DNA of 50,561 nucleotides from Sanchytrium tribonematis (lineage: Eukaryota), in NCBI GenBank assembly GCA_018985235.1, contig JADGIG010000014.1:1-50561 (forward strand). The letters are read 5' to 3'. Both the position numbers and the translations under genes were made by a program. Below the pieces are notes generated by a model, which worked only from the letters and a program-made list of their open reading frames with translations, was not told where the DNA came from and did not search any database. This document shows, in pieces, positions 41,901 through 49,729 of this stretch (the stretch's first letter is position 1; every line of letters starts with the position of its first letter).

Positions 41901-42971
41901 CAGAAAAATCCAAATCTAAATGCACTAGTGCACCACTTTCTAAATGACGAGAAATTTACCGAGTACATCATGGTTGGTATTAAGTTGCAACAGAATTTAT
42001 TAGACAAGGTCAAAATTAAAATCAATATCCAAGATCTATTGTCTAAAAATTTAGTAGCCTCATCAGAGCCAGCGAAGCAACTTATCAAGTCAGTTCAAGG
42101 TGCAATTGTGTCTGATGGCATCGCTGCTAGCATCGAGTTAGATTTGCCAATTAGTAGTAATATTAACTCCATTACTGCAGTTATTCATAAAGGTGGAGAT
42201 TCTATTTTCAATATTGCCGTAGATGCACAATTACCATCAGTCAATGCCCATTTAAAACCAATTTTTCCTGCAATGCAATTTCATATGAGTCAAATTTACA
42301 GAAGAATGAAACTGGGTGTTAATTTAGTGTCGGATATTTCAATAGGTGGTATTTTATTATCGAATGAATATAAGCTGAATATCCTAGAAGATATTTTTGT
42401 AGATAAGTTACCAGATGTAAGTTATGTAGAGGGTATACTGCCATGTCGAATGCACACGCTGAACCCTATAAAATTAATTAAAGATCCTGGAATTGGTACT
42501 GATGTTTTCTTTAAAGCAAGCACTTTACCATTTCCAGTCGATCTCGATTTGGGAACTCTCTACTTCGATGTTTTAGACTACAATGTATATAATGATACGC
42601 TGAAGTATGAAGTTACTATGGATGATGAAAGAGCGCATATTAACGAGCTGGTTTATCCAGTCAATCCAGCTGCTATCGGAAACTATAGCAAAGTTGATTA
42701 TACTCGAAATTGTATTCATAATGACCATATCAAATATTACAATGTAAATACTGGTCTGTTGTTCTTTATTAGATGGGTGAATAATCCTCTTAAAGCTGTT
42801 GATGGATTGTTTAAATTAGGACGCAAAAAATTATTACGAAATTTTAAAATTACAAGGAATGGCGAAGAAATGAAATGGCTCGGTGAAATGATGTTAAAAA
42901 CAAATGTATATGTTCACGTCAAACTCGACCATGTACCTGATTTTGAAAAGAATCCAAGGCCAGATCGATAA
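35919..42971 (+). CDS. 2350-aa membrane-anchored repetitive beta-rich protein (possibly Tag1/DUF3712/LEA_2-like repeats)
   Basis: Uninterrupted 7-kb ORF; N-terminal hydrophobic helix; alternating I/L/V pattern with recurring LPxLxLP linkers. Family assignment is inference. Confidence 0.7.
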   Translation: MLLIISAIVLILLSGYGVAAPMIIRDILGNGDIFVYPDHVSLDLRPQETNVYFKGEFFITRNNIDAYIHETFYRIYYRNQVALGLTLSDMQTYTDKRTNLDFHTQLLVFNASLIDQLLREAIKGENADVIMQGYMGVSVFKVPMYSKVFVERYLLPKETNLRQQLQDFMDGTLPPGSLDPTLKQYPKPVIPPLNTPKINGLTLYRKSNQIGINIKFEWKNDFIELHVAEIRIPLLLYNVNFGGLYLENLRLTNGLVKGNVNIGLYLLTGDEIKKAFQHAFKMLIKELTIQVGVVGPLRFVAEESVVWIANATKSLNASLTIDIPRVTERFGISLPSAPKAMLDLKHMSLEIKIRTVKKSIDLGLELHLPSKFPKLPKVESLIGVALKLGYIKDLIQIEVGKLHIVNQFVQLGTRINFFDQPRELRALVDRFMGKKSDQTIHAHDMEFFPSCPTCKQFDNIDFSIDPPEINFSQYVKFGKSILKNTNLGLKIYSLSVIQKERSFFIDVDFQLDLLLPIDAFIGYLAVTLQINHDDFLTLSIENLRWSKTNRHKLSLEITFHKSSQLSLLIPHLLDYLNNKNSIPDIITISSIKIGESKQMFSSLFSEIDIDIKISELLESISLPQLDLNLDNVLEPTFLTLIARDTIKLGLKSIFNNPLDFDLHVHLDPIKASIDNSIFFNIAELNLSHNLELEAEISFKNAKAIIQPILEDFLNHKFNRMISLSLGSITFLENAKVDINIPELSLSSGLINLSHMNLNNPISNFKPDNIDINHHGNSIKAALGVDLTINVPIVVDISSIQVGVRLQKNKFLKLSTGAIKIHQGLNEINLPLELQFNECTVCETEVNQLTQNLLSGNLIETIIGIQDLHIGEIEDLESISVDLFVSQNIHLPKLPAIQLPNISPKNLAISVHDKTINAKGSLSLDLNWIKAHFQRISLYVTLNNQDLVRILIHHLDVNRGVNFEISLEFFDASKEVLQLYNYLTVGYNEINIGVHTISLDQIYILRSINAAQPVGRFVEPAIIHLDEVLNKPLPALPLESVDIVSLDQWIVLDILAKIPIDVKIDASLALQVALNDHSLLNLKLSLSGHNMIRIGAKIMLFDIAENMKTIGSIISNVLSSRDLSGSISIKQIVVGNINSFERISVDIPLSIIKVPSLTLPAIKMSGLSVKNVEKDVEVKLHLPIKLPKLPFKIDVLLVQLHIFDSAFVTLSLNPIFKNGVDLTILAHFEKYDNPEINTMINSFLETKNLDLQVGISKIALKTNKGLYKISNKIPIDIHQKMTLPQLSLPTLELKSLNIHTDENKLIAQIENPLPVHLDYFQISLGHNQNLVTISAVLSSKIDIFLEFNNAGADEMKILLEKFDFVQIYGMKIGTSRDFHQFNLDIHFPLHILPKFDFPIPSLPSIKISPENVQLETIQDHGLMAKLRIQAALPIALNLNSQNIKVKLGLGNPMILAEIDSINITGDEVFVSLKLFMDNQYRSQIAEEISKLLHKEQSHLFVSELKIDSIMLFSSSRFEVPIHLPIDESKLGSSLNDLTSQHAETLSNITINHVKAVVNPDNSLTTSLSINFPFDFDIKVAINYLQVGLRINEQSLLLAEIQPIKIQKAMELDVKLKLNSWAYSKIEKVGIEYLKIGYSDEDYISLFEDVKLDVNIDLKNIKLPSLPNIDLSIKADSANLNIDQNISGLAKLKIPNIFLSIPFIRVSLGALMPSIFIQLSVITSELIEVNFLIDGHADDNELLAMRQLVDKFLNGNVDVFLDELQFGHSRDSFVSLKIGQQIKTKAPKLPAIKLPSLVVDPNNVKASISEKITLKTSINLDVPVTFNVKNIELEVFINERLANIHIDAIKADGVAEISVIVEPHNVQESTQLQLNEILNNIIQKTPLNADVYIDRIILGNLNNLELIHLKLPNLDLPQITLPKIEPILNLDKANINLIGDNQLFLTAKAGVSVGFSIDAQLDKLGLSVGILDNPFLEARISGDVKDVADVEVNLSLQKNPNLNALVHHFLNDEKFTEYIMVGIKLQQNLLDKVKIKINIQDLLSKNLVASSEPAKQLIKSVQGAIVSDGIAASIELDLPISSNINSITAVIHKGGDSIFNIAVDAQLPSVNAHLKPIFPAMQFHMSQIYRRMKLGVNLVSDISIGGILLSNEYKLNILEDIFVDKLPDVSYVEGILPCRMHTLNPIKLIKDPGIGTDVFFKASTLPFPVDLDLGTLYFDVLDYNVYNDTLKYEVTMDDERAHINELVYPVNPAAIGNYSKVDYTRNCIHNDHIKYYNVNTGLLFFIRWVNNPLKAVDGLFKLGRKKLLRNFKITRNGEEMKWLGEMMLKTNVYVHVKLDHVPDFEKNPRPDR

Positions 42972-43001
42972 ATAATAAATCCATTGTGCAATTTTTGAAA
43001 C

Positions 43002-43706
43002 ATGCAGTACATCAAGTGTCTGTTTGAGCAGGCCAAAAAACGTGAAATCTCTACAGGAAAGGAAAATGAAACTGATGAGAAAATTATCGAGGTGATTGAA
43101 AATTTTAGTATCCATTCATTACATTTTGGTTTATTTTCGGAATTTGCATTTGAAGACCAAATTGTACAAAACAATACCACATCGTTTGAAAATGAAAATT
43201 TATCAATTACGAGCAATAAAGCAGTTTCGGATAACGAGTCAATCAAATCTATTGAAAGTGAACATTTAAATACGACGCCGCTTGATGTTACTCAAAATGA
43301 AAGCATGGTACCAGATTCTCAAGATCAAAACTTGGAGCCAGTGTCCACTGTCGATGATATATTGAGTAGATCCCAATTAAAGAGAGACATCGATACCGAA
43401 ATTAGAAAGTTTAAAAAGAGAAAAATCCCAATACAGCACAACGGAGCAGATGATGAAAATTTATTGCAAAATTTTTGTAGTATAAATTCCAATATCGCAA
43501 AATTATCAACAGATTATAAAGCAAATCACGGTGCAATTCAAAAAGTTAGCAATTTAGTTCAGAAATTAAATGCAATGATTCCTACTACTGATAATGATAT
43601 GCAAATCGTAGAAACGATTCAAAATTTGTTAGAGTTGAGACGAACAGTAGAAAAATCTGCAAATGATTTAGATCAAATATTAATGAACCTTAAAGAAAGA
43701 ATCTAA
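43002..43706 (+). CDS. Hypothetical acidic/coiled-coil protein
   Basis: 234-aa ORF filling the gap, preceded by the AATTTTTGAAAC motif; RKFKKRK NLS-like patch. Confidence 0.65.
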   Translation: MQYIKCLFEQAKKREISTGKENETDEKIIEVIENFSIHSLHFGLFSEFAFEDQIVQNNTTSFENENLSITSNKAVSDNESIKSIESEHLNTTPLDVTQNESMVPDSQDQNLEPVSTVDDILSRSQLKRDIDTEIRKFKKRKIPIQHNGADDENLLQNFCSINSNIAKLSTDYKANHGAIQKVSNLVQKLNAMIPTTDNDMQIVETIQNLLELRRTVEKSANDLDQILMNLKERI

Positions 43707-43709
43707 ATT

Positions 43710-44630
43710 TTATTTTTCCGGAAGAATAGTTCGAATAATATCAACAACAGGTCTATGGTGTCCCAATATAAATGCATGAGGAATGGTGCTATCTGTCAAA
43801 TATATCCCACCTTTTTCTGATTCTTTTGCAGTTTCTTTCTCAATAATTTTGTCCGGAAACTCGTTGCAAAGATTTCTATAAGTGTTAATTTTACACCAAC
43901 CATCAAATGGAGCAAACACAAAGTAGCATTTATCAATGACTCTAACAGGATCTTCATCTAATGAAGAATCTTGCCTTTTATGTCGACCAAGTGCTGCCAT
44001 ATCTAATGGTTTAATCTTATCGAATTCATCTCGACTAAGACCTACAGCATTTGCAACTACTCGGTGATGAAAAATTCTAGAGACAATCATTCTCTGGTCG
44101 TAACCCAAGCGAGGTTCTACGTAGTGTGCCAAGTGAAATTTTACTGTCAATGGCAATATTTCCAACAACCAACTAAGCATAGACATGATGAAAATACCCA
44201 TGGGTGTAAATAAAAACCACATCATTTTGGCATTTTCTGTGTTTTTCAAGTCATCAATAGCTGGAAATAATAACACGATACGGTCTGCTAAAGACTCCAA
44301 TCTAAGTGCCAAATAGCCTCCCAAAGAGTGTCCAAATAAATAAATTTTGGCATTCGGTTGTTCAAATTTGATGCTCAAGATCTTTCTTCTACAATACTCG
44401 AGTTGATGTTCAATCAAAAATTGCTCCGGGGAAGGAGTGGTGTGACCTAGATAGTCGATAGAATAAATGTCGACTTTCTCTTCATATCTTTGGTGCAAAT
44501 ACTCCATAAAATCTAAATAAAGATCAGAGCAGCCAGGGTTCCCTGGTAAAAGTATAAAGACAGTTTCTGGCTCCGTTGCACTTGCATAATACTTCATGAT
44601 TTCGAGGGGTGTTTTTGCCGCTATCCTCAT
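43710..44630 (-). CDS. LDAH: Lipid droplet-associated serine hydrolase (LDAH family)
   Basis: LPGNPG..Y.DF, GHSLGGY nucleophile elbow, LLFP, DGWC, IPHAF. Confidence 0.88.
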   Translation of the reverse strand: MRIAAKTPLEIMKYYASATEPETVFILLPGNPGCSDLYLDFMEYLHQRYEEKVDIYSIDYLGHTTPSPEQFLIEHQLEYCRRKILSIKFEQPNAKIYLFGHSLGGYLALRLESLADRIVLLFPAIDDLKNTENAKMMWFLFTPMGIFIMSMLSWLLEILPLTVKFHLAHYVEPRLGYDQRMIVSRIFHHRVVANAVGLSRDEFDKIKPLDMAALGRHKRQDSSLDEDPVRVIDKCYFVFAPFDGWCKINTYRNLCNEFPDKIIEKETAKESEKGGIYLTDSTIPHAFILGHHRPVVDIIRTILPEK

Positions 44631-44673
44631 GGAGAAATAAATTCAAACACAATTTATCTATAAATATATTTAC

Positions 44674-45801
44674 TTAAAACTTGAAAAATCTGATTTCATT
44701 CGCGTCATAACAAGGAACCATGAGCAAATCCTGGCCACCTAAAGTATCATAATGAAGTTCACCCACTGTACCACCACAATTTGTGATTACTTGAACGTCG
44801 TAAGAGAGTGGAGTATCACGAGGTACCAATAGGTAAGCTTCTTGAGAGCCATCCCCTCCAGCTGCTAAGTATGGATATCCTTTGCTATTTTTGATTGGAA
44901 GAGATATTGCTGTTCCTGGAGCAGCTTCATTTTGTCCTGAGTTTCTAACAGGAATGTTATCAAATAAGATTGTTTTCTTCCAAGTCCAGTTTTCAACAGT
45001 TCCTGATTTGTTAGGTGAGAAAGCATAAATTTTGCCAGTAATTTTATCTTTTGTACCTTGGTGGTTTGTGACCAGCAAATCGCTAATACCGTCATTGTTC
45101 AAATCTACTAACTCCAAATTAAAGGCTTTTCCGATATCTGTTGCAATGTCCACAATTCTCAAGTCAGCCGCATTATTAAATTTTCCAGTTTTTGAAACAA
45201 TAATAGAAAGTCGTTGACTCCAAAATCCAGAAAAGATTATTTCTTTCTTACCATCTTTGTCCAAATCTGTAATGATAAAGTTAACATCACAGCCATCCAT
45301 TATTTCTACTTCTTCAAATTGTTTGCTGCCATCAAACCAAACAAGCTTAGATTGTGTTGCACCAAATAAACTTGTTTTAGCTCTACAGGAGACAATATCC
45401 ATAATTCCATCTTGATTGACATCTAACTCTAGTGCCTTGTGATAAAACCACCCATTCTGTTTCTTAGTAAGTTGACTGGCTTGTCCATCTTTTAAAAACC
45501 AGATGGCACCATTAGAATGGCCCGGAACCAAGAATCCATCTCCAATCAATGCTCCAGCAGAAGGGGTATTTGTTGGCACTATTTCATTAGGCCATGCCAT
45601 GCCAGTGGATTGTCCCACAGTAGTGCCTTCACTGAAGTCTAAAGCGAAGGAGGACATTTGATACCCAAATTGAGTCACTTTGCATTTGAATACCCCGAAA
45701 GAACTAACAGTCAATTTATCATCAATCACATTAAGAAATGCAGGATGATCTGTCTTTAAAGTACTGAACAATTGAATGGCTTGTAGAGTTGTAAATATCA
45801 T
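44674..45801 (-). CDS. Putative secreted FG-GAP/VCBS-repeat beta-propeller protein
   Basis: DVNQDGIMDIV, DLDKDGKKEII and DLNNDGISDLLVTNH Ca-binding loops; WPNE, GFLVPGH, WFYH; short hydrophobic N-terminus. Confidence 0.75.
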   Translation of the reverse strand: MIFTTLQAIQLFSTLKTDHPAFLNVIDDKLTVSSFGVFKCKVTQFGYQMSSFALDFSEGTTVGQSTGMAWPNEIVPTNTPSAGALIGDGFLVPGHSNGAIWFLKDGQASQLTKKQNGWFYHKALELDVNQDGIMDIVSCRAKTSLFGATQSKLVWFDGSKQFEEVEIMDGCDVNFIITDLDKDGKKEIIFSGFWSQRLSIIVSKTGKFNNAADLRIVDIATDIGKAFNLELVDLNNDGISDLLVTNHQGTKDKITGKIYAFSPNKSGTVENWTWKKTILFDNIPVRNSGQNEAAPGTAISLPIKNSKGYPYLAAGGDGSQEAYLLVPRDTPLSYDVQVITNCGGTVGELHYDTLGGQDLLMVPCYDANEIRFFKF

Positions 45802-46036
45802 TTTGAAATTTAAAGATATTTCTACTATTTATAGAATATAAGAGTTGCATGTGATGACTATGTCAGTGGAATTCTACTTCAGGATCCATAGGAAATTCAA
45901 CTTTAAAATCTCAATCCATAAATCGTAAGGACGAGGATCCATAGATGAATACCCCGCGTCTTATGTCCCTGAAATCGTGCTGGCTAAAAAAGGTCGAGAG
46001 GTGAGTTGATAATGGATTGTTGAGACACATGATTTA

Positions 46037-47945
46037 TTATGACGACTTGTCAAGGTATGGAAGATATTTGCCAAATTTTAGATTAGGAGTATCAAGGTCA
46101 ATTGCTTCTAGATTTTGATTGCAGCGAGTGGTAAAGGTCTCTATCAAGTCATTTGCAACGCCGCTTGCGAATTTATCCCAGTTTTCATATACCTTTAATC
46201 TAGACGATATATTTTTGCAATTATTGAGAGCTTCAATAATTTCTTTCTTTAAATCACTTTTGGGAATACTTTTTACCGATTCTACCTTTTTTTGTAAATG
46301 ATTGTATTTCAAAGATGGAGGAGAAGCAGCTATACCAAGTACTCTATATTGCTGTTGGAATCTATGAGCCATAAAATCATCAGTATAGATGTCCAACTGA
46401 AACGGTACAGAGAGATTAATATTGCAATAAAGTAGCAATTTTGTAAAAGCTCCATAATATATTTGATGAAATTGTACAAAAAGACCTTCGAATGAGTGCA
46501 GCTCTTGGACTTCTAGAGAGACTTTTGGCAGATCAGAGATACTTCCACAAAAATATCGAATATGATCAGATTGGAAATCTTTGAGAGATTTCTTTTTCTC
46601 AAGTGTTTTGAGAAAAAATCTACTAACATACTCCATTTGAACAGAAAAAGCCAAAATATCATGCTTTTCTATCAATTCAAGATAATATCCTAAGTTTAAC
46701 CATTGAAAACAAGCAAAGTTGGACATAACATCAACCGATATTTTTAAGTATGGTGTATTATGCTTCTAAGTAAGTATTAAGTACATCACGCAGCATTTTG
46801 CTAAGTAAATCATCATATTGATCAAATGGAATTTTTTTGATGGACTCAATATATCCATTTAACATTCGTCTATATCTTCCCGAATTATGAGCAGAGCTAT
46901 GGATTAAATCCCCAAATACAGAATTAAGACCTGGTAAAAGGTTGGATAACAAATCATGAAGATGCATCGGAGGCCATGGGATTTCTGCACTACCCAATTT
47001 CTGAATTTCCTCTTTTGAGTGAGTGGCTATCGTATGACTTATTTCTCTCAACTGAAGTAGAAAAAAATCGTTTATCGGATGTCCCTGAATCTTTTTGTCT
47101 CTCATCAAAACATGGTTTCTTGTGCTAAATAAAAAGTCTAAAGGAATCTGGCTTTTCTCAATTCCATCGATATCAATGTCGTATGTATTGAATAACTTCA
47201 CCCCCACTTCAGAAAAGTAGCAGGATCCTATAGAATAAAAGAAATTTCTCCAATATAAATTAAGGCCAAACTCTGCTGGCAAAGAGTAGCTTGAATGAAT
47301 ATCATTATAAAACTTGTACATAAAATTGTAAATAGGCTCAATTCTATTATTAGGAATTAAATGAAATGGTCTGGGTGGAGAAAGTAGCATTTCTGGCAAT
47401 TCGTTTAGATTTACATCGAACGGGATTTCTTTAGATTTACATTTAGTGCTAGTGATTTTGGAAGCCCACAAGAAATGATGAGCTGAAGATGGAAAATTAT
47501 CAGGCTTGATTTTTAATTGAAATTGTGGAGCCGATTCTCCTTTCATCATCTGTAAAATATCCAGAGCTAGATTATCCAGCTTCAAATGATCGTTATAAGC
47601 ATTTCCGTGCTTACATATAATGCTGCAATCATGACTCACGATCTCCTCCTCTTCATACAAACCATATTTTCTTAATTCTTGAACAACTGCTGTAAGGTGT
47701 TGGTGCGGATAGTAGCAAGTCGTCAATGACTGACCGCAAAGAAAGTGGAGAAAAAGACAGATTCCATTATCTTGATTCAGTATAGGCGCCTCATGGTCTG
47801 CCAATGCTGTAAAATAATCCATTTTAAAATCCATCATTTCGATAGCTGCAATGCTGTCTAGCAACTTAATTGTATTTGAAATGGAAAACGTTTCGAGAGA
47901 GTCACAATACGAATTAAACTCTTCCGTACATTCTATCCAATTCAT
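46037..47945 (-). CDS. NAA35: NatC auxiliary subunit Mak10/NAA35-like; join(47945..46785,46765..46037), 629 aa
   Basis: MNWIECTEEF..LLDSIAAIEMMDFKMD, GQSL, LYEEEE, HNSGRYRR, LGYYLEL, HRF. Confidence 0.75.
46766..46784 (-). other. 19-nt spliceosomal intron (gtacttaatacttacttag), phase 0
   Basis: Joins the 395-aa and 229-aa ORFs in frame (LRD|KHNTPY...MSNF) and fits the same consensus. Confidence 0.88.
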
Positions 47946-47971
47946 TACAAAGGAGTGTAAAAGTTTATTTT

Positions 47972-48889
47972 TTAAGTTTCTGTTGTATCTCCAAATTCTT
48001 GTATTTTTGATTCGTATTCCTGCTCGAGTCTCTTCAGTGCTTCTTCAAGCTTGATTTTTATAATAGCATTAGGAGCAGATTCAATCTGTTGCTTCTTTTC
48101 TGCTATTTGTTCTTTAATTAATAATATATCGTCATTTAATTCATTCAAATCTTCCAGGTCTTCTACCTCGTTATCGTCATTTTCGCTGTCATCTCTTTCT
48201 TGTTGAAGTTCTCTTTCAAGATCCGCAACCAAGCTGTCATCATCACTCAAATTATCCTGAATAATTTGCGATGGCTCATTTTCAAAGCTCATTTCGTCAT
48301 CTTCATCCTCTACCACTTCATATTTGACATCGAATGCTTCATCATCACGTTCTAAAAGCTTCTTGACTTGCTCTTCAATGGTTTCAATTTCATGCTTTGG
48401 TGTTCTCTTTCTAAATCTTCTTTGTCGAACATGTTGCAATGGTGGAGTTAATCCGTGTGGATAAATGTAATCTGTTCTATCTAAATCTGGCAGCCTCGCA
48501 CTTAATTCATCAATGGTCAGACCCTCTCTTTCTTTCTCAAAAGGCTCTTCATCAACCAAAATCATTTGTGAAATGTCTCCACTTTTATAAAATTGCTTTT
48601 TATCAACAGTCTTTTGAGTTTCCAAAATACAAGGTAAATCCACCAACTTGAACATATATATATCTTTTTGGTAGATAAATATACCTTGTCTATCATTCAA
48701 GTACTCCATTTTTATATTGTCGTAATTTCGATCTTTAATTTCAGAAGAAACACGGTCTGCCAATTGTTCAGGTAGTCTCAAAATAAGATGCTTTTCAATT
48801 GGTATATTCGCGCCATCCTCTAAATTATCTGCGGATATCTTTATTTTGTTTTTCTGACTTTTGCCAACTGGAATCGTGATTTTTACCAT
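47972..48889 (-). CDS. TAF7: TFIID subunit TAF7
   Basis: IEKHLILRLP, KLVDLPCILETQKTVDKKQFYKSGDISQM, YPHGLTPPLQHVRQRRFRK. Confidence 0.93.
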   Translation of the reverse strand: MVKITIPVGKSQKNKIKISADNLEDGANIPIEKHLILRLPEQLADRVSSEIKDRNYDNIKMEYLNDRQGIFIYQKDIYMFKLVDLPCILETQKTVDKKQFYKSGDISQMILVDEEPFEKEREGLTIDELSARLPDLDRTDYIYPHGLTPPLQHVRQRRFRKRTPKHEIETIEEQVKKLLERDDEAFDVKYEVVEDEDDEMSFENEPSQIIQDNLSDDDSLVADLERELQQERDDSENDDNEVEDLEDLNELNDDILLIKEQIAEKKQQIESAPNAIIKIKLEEALKRLEQEYESKIQEFGDTTET

Positions 48890-49729
48890 TGGAAACAATC
48901 GGGGTAATCATGCCCAATAAATTTGAAAACTACCCAAAAAAAGAAACTAAATTGAGCCTCACACCTAGTTCTTGAGCTTATTTACCAAATATTTTTAAAT
49001 TTTTAATCGCGAATAAAGTTACACATGATGAAGCAGTTACTACCAAATACAATATATAACACCGAAATACAATACAATAAATGCAATGATATCTCCATTA
49101 AATAATTTGAACTCCTCCGTATGCAATATAATGTCTCTGTGTCATTATCTAAATTTAAAAGGGACTAGATATAGAAATATATTATAATTATTTAATTAAA
49201 AGTTTGGTTTTGTATTCTCATCAACTAGCTCATACGAGAAAGAAATGTGTTCGTGGTCATTGTCTTGTGTAGTAGTTCGTTATTGTAAATCATTAATTGA
49301 TTAGTAGATGACAATTTACTTTTAAAAAAACTCTTTCAATCACTTTGAATTAATTGGACTTCCCTTATGCGGAGGTATCGGGAATATGAAGCAGCGCAGG
49401 CATGGTATATTACAATAGCAATACAACAGATGTTGCAATAGAAACCTAATACTCCACCTAGACATTTAAATACGTGGTGCCGCAAGTTGAAAGAGTTTTG
49501 TAAAGAACAGAGACACTAACATATACATTGGGTAAATTGCCAGATAATAGGAATCGAATCAAAATGTGTTATTGAATATAATTAACGAGAATGGGTTTTT
49601 GTTCAATTTGGCGCAAAGGTGTCTTTAGTCATGCGTAGGCTTTCAAAAAATAAGCATTCGCCGTCTTTTGATTAGGATCCAGCCTTGTTAAAGGACTTAG
49701 AACTCGATTCATTCTTTTTTAGCAATCTT

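Noticed and set aside
5444..44630. Functional clustering of lipid genes (HADH, ACLY, lipin, LDAH), GPI genes (PIGA, PIGY) or TFIID genes (TAF1, TAF7)
   Set aside because: They are interspersed with unrelated genes over 10-40 kb; chance is adequate at this gene density.
17964..47945. Split ORFs (MFS, lipin, ARPC3, NAA35) as pseudogenes, programmed frameshifts or a variant genetic code
   Set aside because: Each break is cleanly explained by a GT-AG intron with shared consensus, and conserved proteins translate correctly with the standard code.
44..48651. Numerous 60-130 aa antisense or alternative-frame ORFs in the ORF track
   Set aside because: They are shadows of real genes with no recognisable motifs; the PIG-Y-like ORF is the exception.
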